Below are positions 1 through 14,100 of a stretch of DNA of 64,000 nucleotides, in pieces (position 1 is the stretch's first letter; each line of letters begins with the position of its first letter). This stretch comes from Nageia nagi (lineage: Eukaryota > Plantae > Pinophyta): NCBI GenBank assembly GCA_050084985.1, contig JBITNC010000002.1, forward strand, positions 3,038,001 through 3,102,000, given 5' to 3'. Both the position numbers and the translations under genes were made by a program. The notes beneath the pieces are model-generated. The model did no database searches. It was not told the DNA's origin and worked only from the letters and a program-made list of their open reading frames with translations.

Positions 1-3000
1 CAGGGAAGCTGCTGCTAGGAACTATGATCTCGAGGGGATGATTGCTCGTTTCTGTGACACTGCTTTTCATCGGCCCATTCCATTTCCTCACAAGTCTTTG
101 GGGTTGAGGAAAGGTATAGGAATGTGTAGGATGAAGGGGAAATTGCGCGCATCACAACTCATTTGAGTAAAAAGAAGGCTTCCCTTCAGGTAGAAAAGCC
201 CCGATCTAAGGAGGCCACTTTGAAGATCAAATCTCCTGCCCACACAACGTCCTCACCAAAATAGAAGCCCTTACTTTTTGCAGGAAGAAGGCAAGAGGCC
301 CTCAAAGAGCCCCTTCCAGGGCCCAACAAGCGTAGTGTGTTAGAAGCTAACCTTAAAGATGTTGGGTATTGTGCTCTCCCTTCAGATCTGTTGGACAATG
401 TGATAAACACAACATGTGTGAGTGACTCCCCCACGGAAGCTATTCCTTCTAGATCGACCCATTCTCCTGGACAAAGAGGGAAAGTTCCCCTTTACAACAA
501 AGTTCTAGCAGCTTTGAGACCTCTTCCACTTGTTTAGATGAAGAAGTTGATGGAAACCCTGACCATACAGTTGAAGACTCTGCAAAAGAGTCAGAGAGAA
601 GAAGAAGAGGGAGGTGATGCCAACACTGCTTATTCACCTTAGCTAGAAGACATAGCCATTGGTGCTTCAAAACCTGATGAGATGGAAGTAGAAACCATCT
701 CGGAAGATGAGATAGTGGATGTAGGGACTTATGATGATGATGACCAGATACTTGGCCAGAAGTGTGCTAGAGAGGTGGCTACCTCCAAATCCTCTCCTGC
801 TGAACCCAAGAAAAGGTCTCTCTCGCGTAAAGCTTCTACTAAGAGGAGTCATGATAAATCTCCCTAGCTTCGAAATATAGGCATATCTCTAGGTGGTAGT
901 GGAGGAGATGAAGAGGACGAAGGAGAGACAGAAGAACAGAAGAAGAAGAGGAGGCAGGAAGAGCATTAGGGCAAGGAGATGGCGGTAGTTCCAACTACCC
1001 TAGCAAAGGAGGCCACGAAAGTTGATAAAGGAAGGTTGTTGGTTCAAAGGTTCCCCCTCGAACAGCGATTGAACATCCAAATCTTGATCTAGATGCATGC
1101 CTTAGAGCCCTCAGCATGAGTATGGCTTACGATGAAGATATAGACTAGGACTTGCGGTCTGAGGACGAGGAAGAAGAACTTTCGGATGGGGAGAAAATTT
1201 GGAGGGTGGATACTTTTGTCTCCAAGGAGAAGCATCCTCAGAGGGCCGAGGACTATCTTATCGAAACTTTCAAGATGCTAGTCAAATTGGGGATAACGGC
1301 CAGGAAACACATTGTTACCCAGAATGCTGCAGTCATGGAATAGGAAGGCTATGAAGCTAAAAGGTAAGTGAAGAAATTAAAGAAGGAGCTCACAGCCAGT
1401 CGGACAATTATAAAGAAGTTCCAGAAAATTAGCACCACTCCCTTACATTTGCAAAAACAAACTTCCTTCCATGAGGGTTGGGAACTCATGAAGGAGCAGC
1501 TCAAGAATGAGATGGTGGAGACCGTCGAGAGATTGTCTTCACGCATTTACAAGCTCCTAGCCGAGGGCGTTGAGATCAAGGATCTCATAGCTCAGATTAC
1601 TACTCACCTCGACCAGTTGGATAGTTACCTACCCAACGTCTCCCACTTGCAACACACTTTCGTCGATAACCCCGAGAAATTGGTCTACTACCATGAGTTC
1701 ACCTATCACCACAATTGGTTGAACCATGCACTCGAGAAGTGCAATGCTATCCTCAAAGTAAGGATCCCCTTGCAAAAGGTGGAGCAAATGAGCGAATATC
1801 TTTATCAGCTCATTCCAAGGGGAGGATAATAATGTTCAAAAGAAGGAAGCAGTATTGGCAGAGGCCTAGAATCTGATCCAGGAGCATCTTGAGGTCGAGG
1901 ATCTAAACTTGTTGAAGGCAGGACTTCCTATCGTGCACCAGAGGCAGATGGTCATCTGGAGGTACCAGATGTAGGCCACTATCAAGAAGATTGAGGATTA
2001 CTTCTGGCAAAATGGTAGTACCATTGGTATGATCTCTAGAGGTGTGCAAAAGATCATGGTGTTCTTGGGGGAGACCATCGAATCTTATGGTCTCACTAGC
2101 GAGGAGTGGAACTCCACCCGTACTGAGATTCACCCACAGGCTTCCTCTACGATACCTTTTTTTTGTTTAATGCATACAGGTTGCTTGTCAGACTTTACTT
2201 TGATTTGATCGGCTTAGGGATGAGGTTTTGCTCCCGCCAAATTAGATTTGTCAGGTTCAATCATGACTTTGACCGATGTAGGGATGAGGTTTTGCTTCCG
2301 TCGATTTTGATGTCAGACCTTTTTAGTCTATTTATTACATATCTGATTTTCTGTTGGATAGAATAGATGTAGAGTAGATGCATTGCTACTGTGGCATCAT
2401 TATTTTGTCAGCTTTAGATGCCACTTACATAGTCTTGCATGATGATATCTGATTTTGTATCAGTATGTGTGTTGCATGTGTGCACGCCATATCAGATTTG
2501 ATGCCTTTAGGGCATCACTTCTGATGGCTTATTTATACACCATTCGGGCCATTTAGAAAAGGGATTTTACATATGGGATTTTGCTTGAGGAATTTTTGAT
2601 ATAATATTGTACTATTTTTGCATGGGACTTTGCACATAATGAAAGCATCATATATTGGAGTTCTTGCATCTTGAGATTGAGGCTATTGAGTTCATTGTAC
2701 AATCATTTTGAGCCTTTGCATGTCATAAGATTCACATTCCATTGCATAGAAGATTGTTGCATAAGGGGTTCTATGCATGTTCTGTTATTGAAAATCAATA
2801 TGAATGTGTTCGTTTAGAGGAATAAAATCATAAAGTTATAATGTGAGGAATATTATTTGTGAGATTATGCATATCTGAATGGTTCTTTCTATGAACTGTA
2901 TATTGATTATTTTGTGAAAGAGTTTGATCCTTCTTTGCATAGTTTGCATGCAAGTGGATATATTCTGAGGCTTATAGCTTGTCTTTATATCATTCGGTTA

Positions 3001-3828
3001 GGTTACTGTACTTATGCTCTCACCCCATCTTTACCTTTTCCATTGAGTCTTCCATAAAGACCCTACAGCTTCCTTCTCTTGTTTGGTAGTGATTTGAGCA
3101 TATTTGCTATTTGCTACTTGACTTGATAGTGACTGTATCGATGTTAATGAATCTGAGGATGACCTACCGAGACACTGTATCCCTGGTGACGTTCTCATAG
3201 ATCCTTTCCTTTCCTCGCATTCCCTTGCATTTATCCCTGTGTTCTTTCCCTACATTTGTGATCTTTCTTCGCTTTCGTTCACATTTGCAGTCTTTCCTCA
3301 TTAAGGAAAGGAATCTCGACGCGAGTTTCCCTTGTATACGGTTAACAACATGCATCTCTAACTCTTGAGCCATCAAGACCATATTCCATGTGAGCACTTG
3401 GGGTAACCAGTCCTTTTAGGTGGGAACAAATAACGCTGTTTCCTCCAAGTCTTGTGCATATTTTGAGTGAGGAAAGAAAAACATACCAACACCATGGTGT
3501 TTTAGATATCCTCCATCTACTTGTTTCACTATGCAGTTCATGTGGATTCATTCTTAATTTTACAATCATAAGTTTCTTTTTGTGACTAATAGCCTTAAAT
3601 AGGTAGGATGGAAGTTCAAGTAGTGTGTTGATGATGTTTTTATAGTAAGTTTTCTTTTATTTTCAATACTATCCTCACTCCAAATTTTTTCAGTTACTTT
3701 ATTTTCAATTTGTAGTTTAATTTGCTATTAGCTGAAAGGGTTATATTATTGTGTATGCCCCAAGAATCAGACCACTTACGAGAGTCTTTTAGGCAACCTC
3801 TTTAAAGACGTCGATGTTTTAGGCAAGT

Positions 3829-4717
3829 TGTAATGACCCTATTTTTTAGAATATCTTATATTTGGGATTTTCCACAAATCTTTTCTTGTACAAGTCAGAT
3901 GTGGCTGTTGCACCTTCAGAATTGGATAGAGCATCTCGTGGCATTTGTTTTAAGTGGTCACACGACCCCTTTTGGACCAGAAACGAAGGAGTTATGGCTA
4001 CTCGAAGTTCGCCAGTGGGACCAATTTTCCATATCACACCCACACACGAAAATCCACTTAACTTAGTGGATTTCTACTTAAAAGTGCAACGTTGGATTAT
4101 AATAAGCTTTTATGTTATTCTAATGTTATTTTAAGTACTTTTATTTGTAATAAAGCCAATCAATGGCTTAGATTAGCTTAGAGGGGTCAATGCAAGATTA
4201 GGGTTGGAGTCTATATAAGGAGATGCAACGCTCCATTTTAGGCATGTTATTGATATTATTGAAATTGAAATCTGAAACCCTTGAGTTTCTTTGAGTGAAG
4301 ATTGAAGGTCTTGCTCACCCCAAAGTGCATTGAAGGTGCATGGTTGGGATCTTTGGCAATTTCATTGAAGGTGTGATTGCCCTATTTCTTTGAGTGAAGA
4401 TTGAAGGTCTTGCTCACCCCAAAGTGCATTGAAGGTGCATGGTTGGGATCTTTGGCAATTTCATTGAAGGTGTGGTTGCCCTAAAAACACAAAAATAGTC
4501 CCAAGGAGATTCATGGCATTTTGAAGGTGTTATATTTGCATTTTGATGTTATTTTGTGGATGCCCTTGGTTATTCCAACGCATGTATTGTCGTGCAATAT
4601 TTTAATATATTCTTTTGGCTGGTTATTACTCATTTTTTGGGTGTCTTTTGAGTAATATTTCAGTTCTATATTTTTTCTATACTTGTATTTTTGTAATTTC
4701 GTTTTTGGGACATTACA
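3829..4717 (+). mobile_element. Solo LTR, 889 bp
   Basis: TGTAATGACCC...GGGACATTACA termini; perfect TSD CAAGT (3824-3828/4718-4722); CTATATAA near 4211; 5' part similar to the LTRs of the 52936-58467 element. Confidence 0.9.
4286..4483 (+). repeat. 99-bp tandem duplication within the solo LTR
   Basis: 4286-4384 and 4385-4483 differ by one base that I can see. Confidence 0.92.
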
Positions 4718-5027
4718 CAAGTTTGTTGAACAATTATAGGAACCTACGATAATCTAACTTTGTCAGTTTATAATTGTATAATATATATCATTTTACATTT
4801 CTCTTTCAATAAAGAGTACACCAGTTTTCATGAGAAGGATATGATATGGTGTGTTATTTTTAATTTTGAAGTTATAAACAATGAAATCCATTGCTTGCCT
4901 AATACATCAAAAGTTATATTTTGTACGCACAATAAAGTTTAAACATAAAAAAAAAAGGAAGTTTAGTCCGATAAATGAGACAATTTACTAATTGCATTCA
5001 TCATCATGAAAGATCTAGATAACCAAC

Positions 5028-5126
5028 CTGTCCAAGGTCCACAGCAGGATTCAGGCTTCTACCACAGTCATAAATGATATCTGTTTGAAGTATTGTGGTT
5101 GCTCCTGAAAGGAGATCAACCTCAAC
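5028..5126 (-). CDS. AAO: AAO exon, 99 nt
   Basis: gacag|GTT GAG ... GGA CAG|gttggt; VEVDLLSGATTILQTDIIYDCGRSLNPAVDLGQ. Confidence 0.93.
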
Positions 5127-8100
5127 CTGTCACATATGCTTGACATTAATAATTTTATAATATGATTATTATTTTCGGAATATAATTTACCTTCATACCT
5201 CACTTGCTGCAGCACCATAATTGAGATATTCTGAAGAGCTTGAATCGGGAACCCAGAAAGTTTGTGCAGAAAGATCCACTGATTGAAGTTGAGCCTGTAA
5301 ACAAGAAACCCCACCGGTTTGGGCTACATTATTTGAGAATATTCAAACTAACAAACATGAAATTGACACTATACATGTTACAAACTTCATCAATCTGTCC
5401 TTATTAAAACCATGATAAGGGTTTCTTTCTGTGATGGTCATTGACAAGTGCCCCATCTTTAGCCATATATCAATTGAATATGTGCTTTAATTGGAATAAC
5501 CTATGTTCGTTATCCATGACCCAAATATAGTTTCTTGAATTGCTAACACAGTTCTTGTTGCTTAATTTCTATTGTAATAACATTTCTTGTTACATGCCAA
5601 ACTGAAGCTTTCAATATCTTGTAACATTAACAAGTGCCTTTGATTAGATCTTGTAACCAACTACCCATGGTGTATTGTACACTGTTAAGCATTTGATTAC
5701 CTGCAATGCTTAATTGCAGGAACATGAAAAGAAAATATTTGTTATAGTATGATTTCAAATATTGACATTGTAGTTGATGTCAATACCCCTTAAAAATGTT
5801 TTACTTTCACTTCAGAATATATGAAGCCTCTGTGAATGGCTAAGTAACTTCTTTGGAAGCATTAGCAAAAATTGGGTTTACATGTTTCCCTGAATATGTA
5901 CATATTTGATTCATAAATTCTCAATCTAAATTGCTTTAGACTTTCATATTTAATTTTAGTCCAGATTATCTAGTTGCAGCTAAATTTTGGAGAAGATAGT
6001 CTCTAGATCATTATGACTTTGATTAGATCCCACAACAAATCACCCAAGGGCATTGTACACTATTAAGCATTTGAGTACCTGCTATGATTAATGCAAGAAC
6101 ATGAAAAGAAAATTTTTGTTATAGCATGATTTCAAATGTTGACTAAATATATTTAATTCCTTTTATTTGTCAAAAATATATATTAAATAAAATTTAATAT
6201 TTACCAAATTTTCGGATGACGATATCTTCCAAACTAGGAATCGGGTTGACAAACCGTGATTGGCATTGGAAATTTGGTGATGAGAGCTTTGACATGATGT
6301 AATAAAATTCATCTTTTGAAGACTTTCAATTTTGAATAAATTTTTAATGACTTTGAAATTCAATTTTGGATCAATGCTTCTTGTTGGATTTTGCACAAAT
6401 TTCAGTTTTCTTGTAGACTTTTGCTTTAGTGTTTGCAAATTTGACTCAAGATAAGATAAAGATAATTATATTAATGTCCATAGGTGACCAACAAGGTCAA
6501 AGGGACTTGAAAATACAGCTAAACAAATATAAAAGTAGGGAAAACGACCCTAGAAAAGAGAGCAAACTATGACAAATAAACAAACAATCAAAAGGGTAAG
6601 GAGGTGCGAGGAAAAAAAGCCCCAAATATTAACCCTAATATTACAATAACAAGACAAGAGTATCCCTCTAGAAGAAATAGAGAGAAGAGAACAAGGAAAT
6701 ATCTATGAGTAGGAGTACAATGAGGCGTTGTGTGCTATTGGAAACCTGGAGTGCACCACGGAATTGAAGGACCATCAACTAGGACATCCACTACCATAGA
6801 AGATACCATCAAAGAACCAAGAATAATGGGGAGAAGATAGCCTTGGGTTGAGGAGAGTGGGTTGGGCCATCCTAAGGGAAAACTGAAAGCTTCTATTCAA
6901 ATCAATCTTGACATCCAAGGCCAAAGGACTACTAGTATCCATGAAAAAGGTGGTAATAAAGGTTGTCTATGTTCTTGTGATGATAGATGCAAGGGGTTAC
7001 TGTTAGGATTCAATAATTTCATATAAACAAGCATCAATAATTCTCCTACTCCTTGGCAAAAAAACCAACATTCAAGCATACTGAAATCAAACAACTATGA
7101 ACATCAATCACACAATGAGAGACACAAGAGATAATGTGGTTCACCCAATGTAGGCTACATCCACGGAGAAGCTTTCAACCCTTTTGCATAACATTCTTCC
7201 AAGTCCTCCAAGCAACAAACCAGCAGCACAACCTTGCTACAACCTTCACTTTGGAGCTACAACAAAGCCTCACTACAATCTCTCTCTCTCAGGCTATCTA
7301 CATAAGCCACCAAACTACAATTACAAGCAACTCACAACTGCTGCTAAAACTACTTACAAACTTCAATCTGTATGCCTCAACTCAAGCCTCTTATTTATAA
7401 ATACAAACAAACCCAACTTAAACCCAAGCTGGATCTGGAAGGTCATGAGGTTACCCCCAACCCTTCAGTAACTCATATCCAAGTGTCATGGCTTCTTGGC
7501 AACTGAAATTTGGTGTCAAACGAGAAAAGAAACGCTCTCTGTTTTGGCCGGCTGGCTGGCCGGTTGGCCGGTTCTGACAGGGTCTGGCCGGTTGGCCGGC
7601 TGGCTGTAGTCTCCATTTTCAACAGTTGCTGTTAGTAAAAAGCATCTATGGCACCTAAGGTGGGGCAGTCGTTGGAGGACCTAGGTTGTAATATGTGGTG
7701 AAGAACGCCAACAAATTGGCTTGTTGTTGTCTATGCGGGAGCTATAAGTATTTTGAAGTTTCTTAACACTCTTAATAGAAGGATTAGGTTGAAAGAAGTA
7801 ATCATCCTAGTAGTTATGGGGGTCTCCTATAGAGATATGTGCCTAAAAGATATAGTCTCTCAAGTCTTGAATACAAAGGGAACCACTGATCGTGGTATTG
7901 GAAGAGGGTGGAGAGACATCTATGGAATCTCCCTGAATCTCGTCATAAACATGGCATCTAAAAAATAAAGTGGTCCTCAAACTCCATTTCACAAATGGAG
8001 CAAAGATGGAAAATCACTTAAATAACTTCATTTTTAGATAGTTAAAATGCATTTTTAAGAGTGTACAATATGCAAGAAGCACCAACAATTGTAAAAATTG

Positions 8101-11100
8101 ATCCTTGCATAGATTGGGGGTTATGTTGGGCAGATTTAAGATTTTCGAGACCATGAAGGCAAAAGAAGATAAAGAATACCGTAAGAGAGCATCTAAAGGT
8201 TGAGATATCTATGCAAAGGCATAAGAAACAACTTTCCATGCAAAATACTTAAAAATACTTCATTTTTGTTCAGTGCTAATTAATTATATTATGTTATGTC
8301 TAGGCAGTTTTTCCCCCAGGATGGTTTCTCCATGTTATATTGCGTGTTATTTGTGTGTGATGATAATTATTTTTCAAATTTCATGCTTAGATTGTTCATA
8401 TAAGATCTCTCAACCATCTAATATTATTAAATACACCATCAATATCTGTCTGGGAGAGCAGAAAACTGCGATTGCAGCTAAGACAGGTTATCTTTTGATC
8501 AAGCTTACTAAAATAATTTTTTAATGATGATTTTTCCTTTTCAGTTTTGAGCCATTTACAAATAACAATATTTTAAACAAATGCTCACTGATATTAGTTC
8601 TATTTTCTAAATTTCTTCATCCATAATGTAACTGTTGCATTAGCATATTCCAATCATTCAGATGACTGTAGTTCCATTCTCACATGTTTATTCAGTATTA
8701 TCAATTAAAAAAAATCAGCCAATATCCATCCTGCTTTAATTGCATGATTATTAGCTTCGTATCTGGTACAATTACTAAAAACTCAAAAGCATACCTGAAA
8801 AATCAAATCCCCCAGGACAAACCATTTAGCTCACTCGTCTTTTTCATGACAGGGATTAGTCTTTCAACCAATATGTTACAAGCATGTTGAACAGCTACAC
8901 AGTTCTCTTCTGATGCAGTGCTTCCAGCTGTAAGCCCCCATGTGCTAAGCTGATACTGTCTGCTTGAATTATTCTCACTTTTGATATAATATCTTCACTT
9001 AAACCTGGCCATAACTGTCCAAGAGCATAAGCTGTCATCTGCTTTACCTTTGTCCAAATTCCCTGACCTATCTCAACTCCTCCTACCTCTACAGCAATAG
9101 AACCATCATGAAAAATGGTCACTCTTGCTGGTTTAGGAGAAAGAGTCACTTCGTAAAAGCATGGTACCATGGATAAACCTCTTTTAAACCATTTGTTAGT
9201 AGCATTAAACTCTCTGATAGTCTCCAGTCTTTGCTTCAGAGAGGCAGAATGCTTTAGTTTCTTCCATATCAATGGCAAGGTGTAGCTAGTAGGATCCTCA
9301 ACACAAGAGCCATAAAATAAATTGGCACTTTCAAGAGTGTGTATGTGTTTTTCTCTCACAATATTTGAATCCAAACCTAGAAGTGAGGCAACGTGCTCAA
9401 TAATGGTTTCAGCAAGGAAAGATCCCTGTGCATTCCCCGGGCCTCGCATTGCAGACTTGCTTGTTAGGTTTGTTTTACATACTCTATAGTCAAATGAAAG
9501 TGCTCCCCAGTTGTATGTTTTCAATGTTGATATTATGGTATGTGGAATCATAGGACTTAAATCTGGTGAAATGCCTGCATCAATGAATAAGTTCACGTGC
9601 AAAGCTGTAATTCTTCCATCATTTTTAAATCCGACTGTATAATTTGCCCTAATAGGGTGTCGTGCACCAGTTATAATCATGTCTGTTTTACGATCAAGGT
9701 ACATTCGCACAGGACGCTTGAGCTTATATGCAGCCAATGCACATGCAACTGCAACCTGCATATGCAGAATGAAAAGTTGAATTAGATACAACAGATAACT
9801 AAATAAATAACATTATGCAATCTAAGTGTAGAATGTATATTAAAAACTATAGAATTCAAAATCAAACCAGAGGAGTGAAAAGTAAAAACTAATTAGAAGA
9901 CATAGAAGTTTATAAATTAATCATGCTTGTTTCTTTTCTTCTGCAACCCAATTTTATAAAGGCAGGTGTGGTTGTTCAAAGAGATGGATAATTTTACTTT
10001 TTTGAATACAAAAAAGGTTACAATGAAACTAACTTTTGATAAGATCTTTGGTTGACAGTAAATTTTAAAAAATGAAAAATAAATGGAATGTGTTCGTAAA
10101 GAAGTTCACTACCTATACACCTTAAAAGAGAATTGTGTGACGTCCCCCTTGTACAATTGTCATTAATTCTGGAATCCAATGGATTCCTCCTTTTTGTATA
10201 ATTAATTATTTAATTGTGCTTTTTAGTTAGTACTTGGGATAAAAGATTTAATGGGTCATTAGACCCCACTGTGAGCCTCAAGTGGGATGGCTCCCTCCCA
10301 AGTGTAGTTTAGTGTGTTTTAATGTACTTGGATATCCCGAAACATGATTGTGGGAATCCCAAGGTCTAATTAGCACTTAGAGCATGGATGAGCACTTGTA
10401 CACATGCGCCAGCCTTGGGGAGACTTCTAGATCCCCAGATTGGCCCATGACACCCACGTTGCCCCCCTAGATGCCTACGCATGCCTCCTTGACCCACGCA
10501 TGCATGCCTAAGCCCACGTTGAGCTTGAGGACCCACGTGGAGCATGAGAGAGGCCCAGATAGCCACGTTGGGCCTGGAATGACTCCTAGGTGTCATCGTT
10601 GGGGTTTAACAAGATTGGGTAATGACTTTGAGATGAGATCCAGATCCAAAAAAATGTGACGTCCCCCTTGCACAATTGTAATTAATCTTGGAATCTAATA
10701 GGTTTCTCTTGTAATATATTTTATTAATGCATTGTACTTTCATGTTTGTAACTTGGGATAGAAGACAATGGACCCCACTGTGAGCCCCAAGTGGAACATC
10801 TCCCTCCCAAGCTTAGATTAGGAGTTATTAATGTACTTGGAGATCCCGATCTTGATTGTGGGAATCCCAAGGTTTGTTATTACACTAGGATGGTTGGATG
10901 GACACTCATAGGCATGCGCCAGCCTTGGAGAGACTCCCATACCCCCATGTTGGCCCAACATGACACCTAGACCCCATGTTTTCCCCTTTGACCCACGTGG
11001 GCATGCATGGCACCCCTAAACTCCTATGTTGGCACTTAATGCATCCTAGGACCCCACCTTGGCATGCATTCCAGGCCCCTAGGAGGCCAACGTTGGATTA

Positions 11101-14100
11101 GAGGACCCAGGTGACGACTCCTAGGTGAGATCCGGACAGAGGAAGTGTATAAAGAGACATTGGAGATTCATTGGATGTACCTAATTATTATTATACTTCA
11201 TATCGTCCAGAGGACAACAAGACTTAGCGGTGCTAAGTAGTCCCTTAGGTGCAACATCTAGGAGGGCTTTCAGGTTGAGGGATCCTAATTGTCTACGGCA
11301 TTGGCGCAACGCCTTTGCCCACCTTCTGAGGTATAGCTTCTACCTTTAGTGGTTTCCAAGATCAGAGGAGGGCTCCTTCGATGGAGAGGATTCGGGTTCT
11401 GAGGACGCAATATTGTGCCATGGTTCGGGTATCAGTCCAGTAGTGAGCAAAATATAGATTGTGCCCTAGTTGGCTTCTTGGAGGCCAATGTCCAACTTTG
11501 GGAGCTTGGTATTGTATTGATATTCATTGTTGATCATATATACACCCAATGGCACTTGGATCTCATATTTATATTGTGCATGCTTGTCTATTGCCATCGT
11601 TGGATTACCATTGCATGTATTTGTGTAGATTGGCCAGATGTTGGCATTGTGAATTTGTGTATATTGTTATCTGCTTGTATTGACTAGAAATTGGCATCTT
11701 GGTGTTGTGTGTGTTTAATATTGATGCCCTAGATTAGACGTTGGCATAATTGCATTGTGATAGCTTGAAGTGGATGCCCTAACCCTAACATTGCCATATT
11801 GCGGGTTTGTGTGCTTGTGTTTGATGCCCTAGGCTTGACATCAAGGTATACTGGTTGAAATTTGCTAATTTACACTTGAGGGTTTGTTTGGATCCTTACA
11901 GTTGTATCAAAGCTTGGATCTGGCCATCATATGTATGAGACCAACCATGCATCGATAGTACACTAGATCTAGTATTCGAAGAGAGATGGCATCTGCAAGG
12001 AAGAGTTGGAGGTCACATGTAGAAGAGACTTCTTCTAGGGCTGTCCAAGAAGAGGACCGCCAACCATGGATGAATGAGGTATAGAATGTGGGAGCATTCG
12101 AAGAGAAGGGTGTGCCGAGGGAGAGATCGGAAATAACCAGGAGAAGCCTTACATGATCCCACACCCAAATGGAAGTTTAATGAGCTCATTTTGGCCATCC
12201 ATAGCATGATCGGAGCTATCACCTTTATGCAATGACATTTGAACAGACATATGGGGATTCATGAAAAGCCCGAGAGGCAAATTAGCCCCCCACATCCTAC
12301 CAAAGATGACAGAGAGGAGCCGCATGAAGTGGATAGGGCAGATCGAGAGCCGAGCATGAGGACATCTTGTAGTTTGAGAGATTGGGAGTTGATTGACCAT
12401 GGATTGATGGGACGTCCAAAGGCCACATTCCTAATATCCCATTGACATCGGGCACCCAAGGTACTAACCCTTTCCTAGGGAGGTACCTGGAGGAGGACGT
12501 TGGCAAGATGGAGGAGCAACCTGTCATCCCCAAGCTGTCCAAACCCATGTTTGCGAAGAAGTCTGGGGAAGAGGCAAAGAATAGAGTTCTTGGCCCAATG
12601 GAGTTGAATCAGATTTTCAGGGAGTATTCCATGTTGGATCCAGGGTTGAGGAGAGATGTCAACTTCAATCGCTACCTGGAAATCCTAGGATTGAAGGGAA
12701 GCGGTTCACACAGTCCACACACTCCCAGTAGTTGATGGAATGATAAAAGGGATTTATAGAAAAAGATCAACAAGATGCAGGTTCAGATGTATGATGGGAA
12801 GAAGATGATGGTTAGAGCATGGTTGCATTAGCTGCAAACATATTTTACCTTGAGCCCTAATATGGTGGAGGAGGATGCAATTCACTAAGCATCTTTGCAT
12901 TTTGAGGGTGATGCCCTAGAATGGTGGCAGCATGGAGTGATCAGCTAGGGTTATTCACTCATCACCTCCTTTGATGAGTTTTCCTGACGGTTGGTCAAGA
13001 GGTTCAACCGAAAGAAGGAAAATGATTATTTCCAGGATTTGACATCATTGAGGAAACAAGGAGCGATGGATGATTATGTGACAGAGTTTCAGAAGATTGC
13101 CATCATGATCCACCACATTCCTAAGGAGCGGTTAATATTCCTCTTCATCGAGGGTTTGATGGAGCCGTTGCAGGGAATGGTCAAGGTATCCTCTCCTAGG
13201 AACCTTGATGACGCTATTTGGGGAGCATATGACCTTGAGCCCACAAAAGAAATCCCTCAAGGGGGGTAGACATACAAAGGGCCTGCTACACGAAAGCCGT
13301 TTGCTAACAAAGAGGGGTCTAGCAAGGCCAAACCCTTTCCTCCACCTAGAACGAACTAGTTGGATGCAACCACAAGGAGGAAGCTGAGAGAGGAAGGCAA
13401 GTGCTTCTACTGCAAGAAGACTTAGGAGCTAGGACATCGTTGTCAAGGTAAAGGGCAAGTGCATTGCATAGAGTTGTTTCGGAGGATGAATCAGATGATT
13501 CAGATCTAGAAATTGGAGTAGACACCCTAGATCATGTGGCACCTTGGGCTGAGGGCACATTAGGGAGCATGATTGCTTCACTACCTAGGGTGAAGAAGTA
13601 CCTTACGTTGAAGATCATGGGGAAAGCAGGAGGGCATGATGTGATTGTCTTGATTGATCCAAGAGTGTCCCACAACTTCATCGATGCAGGCTTTGTAGAG
13701 AAGAACATGAAGACCAAGGGGTTTGAGGAATTCAAAGTTTCCAATGCTAATAGAAAATCCACACTGGTAGACCACATCATTGATAGGTTTGGTGTGAGAT
13801 TGCAAAGTTGTACTGTGAGGGAGGACTTCTACATCTACCCCTTGAAGGGGCATCCTCACATTATCTTGGGAGTGCAGTGGTTGTTTGATTTGGGTGACAT
13901 TCACACCAATTATTAGAAACTCACAATGAGTTTTGAGATCGATGGGAATACCCATACACTGTAGGGAATCAAAGATGATTGTCCACAAGGTGGCTAGAAG
14001 TGATCGAGTGATGCCAAGAGGAGGAGGAAGTAGAAGATGGGGCCACATTGGAAAAGGAAGGGGGCCGATAGGAGGAGAGGAGCATTGGAGAGCACTCATA

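Larger units (their letters stand above)
1..4732 (+). mobile_element. 3' part of a decayed LTR retrotransposon (acidic/coiled-coil accessory ORF relic 1-~2100, then UTR/LTR probably ending GAACA at 4732)
   Basis: Stop-interrupted E/K-rich frames (682-867, 1152-1829) followed by T-rich LTR-like sequence ending in CA; no catalytic domain seen. Confidence 0.45.

Noticed and set aside
8895-9791. 298-aa ORF as a stand-alone gene, or as xanthine dehydrogenase
   Set aside because: It is an internal exon (acceptor at 9756) ended by a frameshift; its motifs are AO-type.
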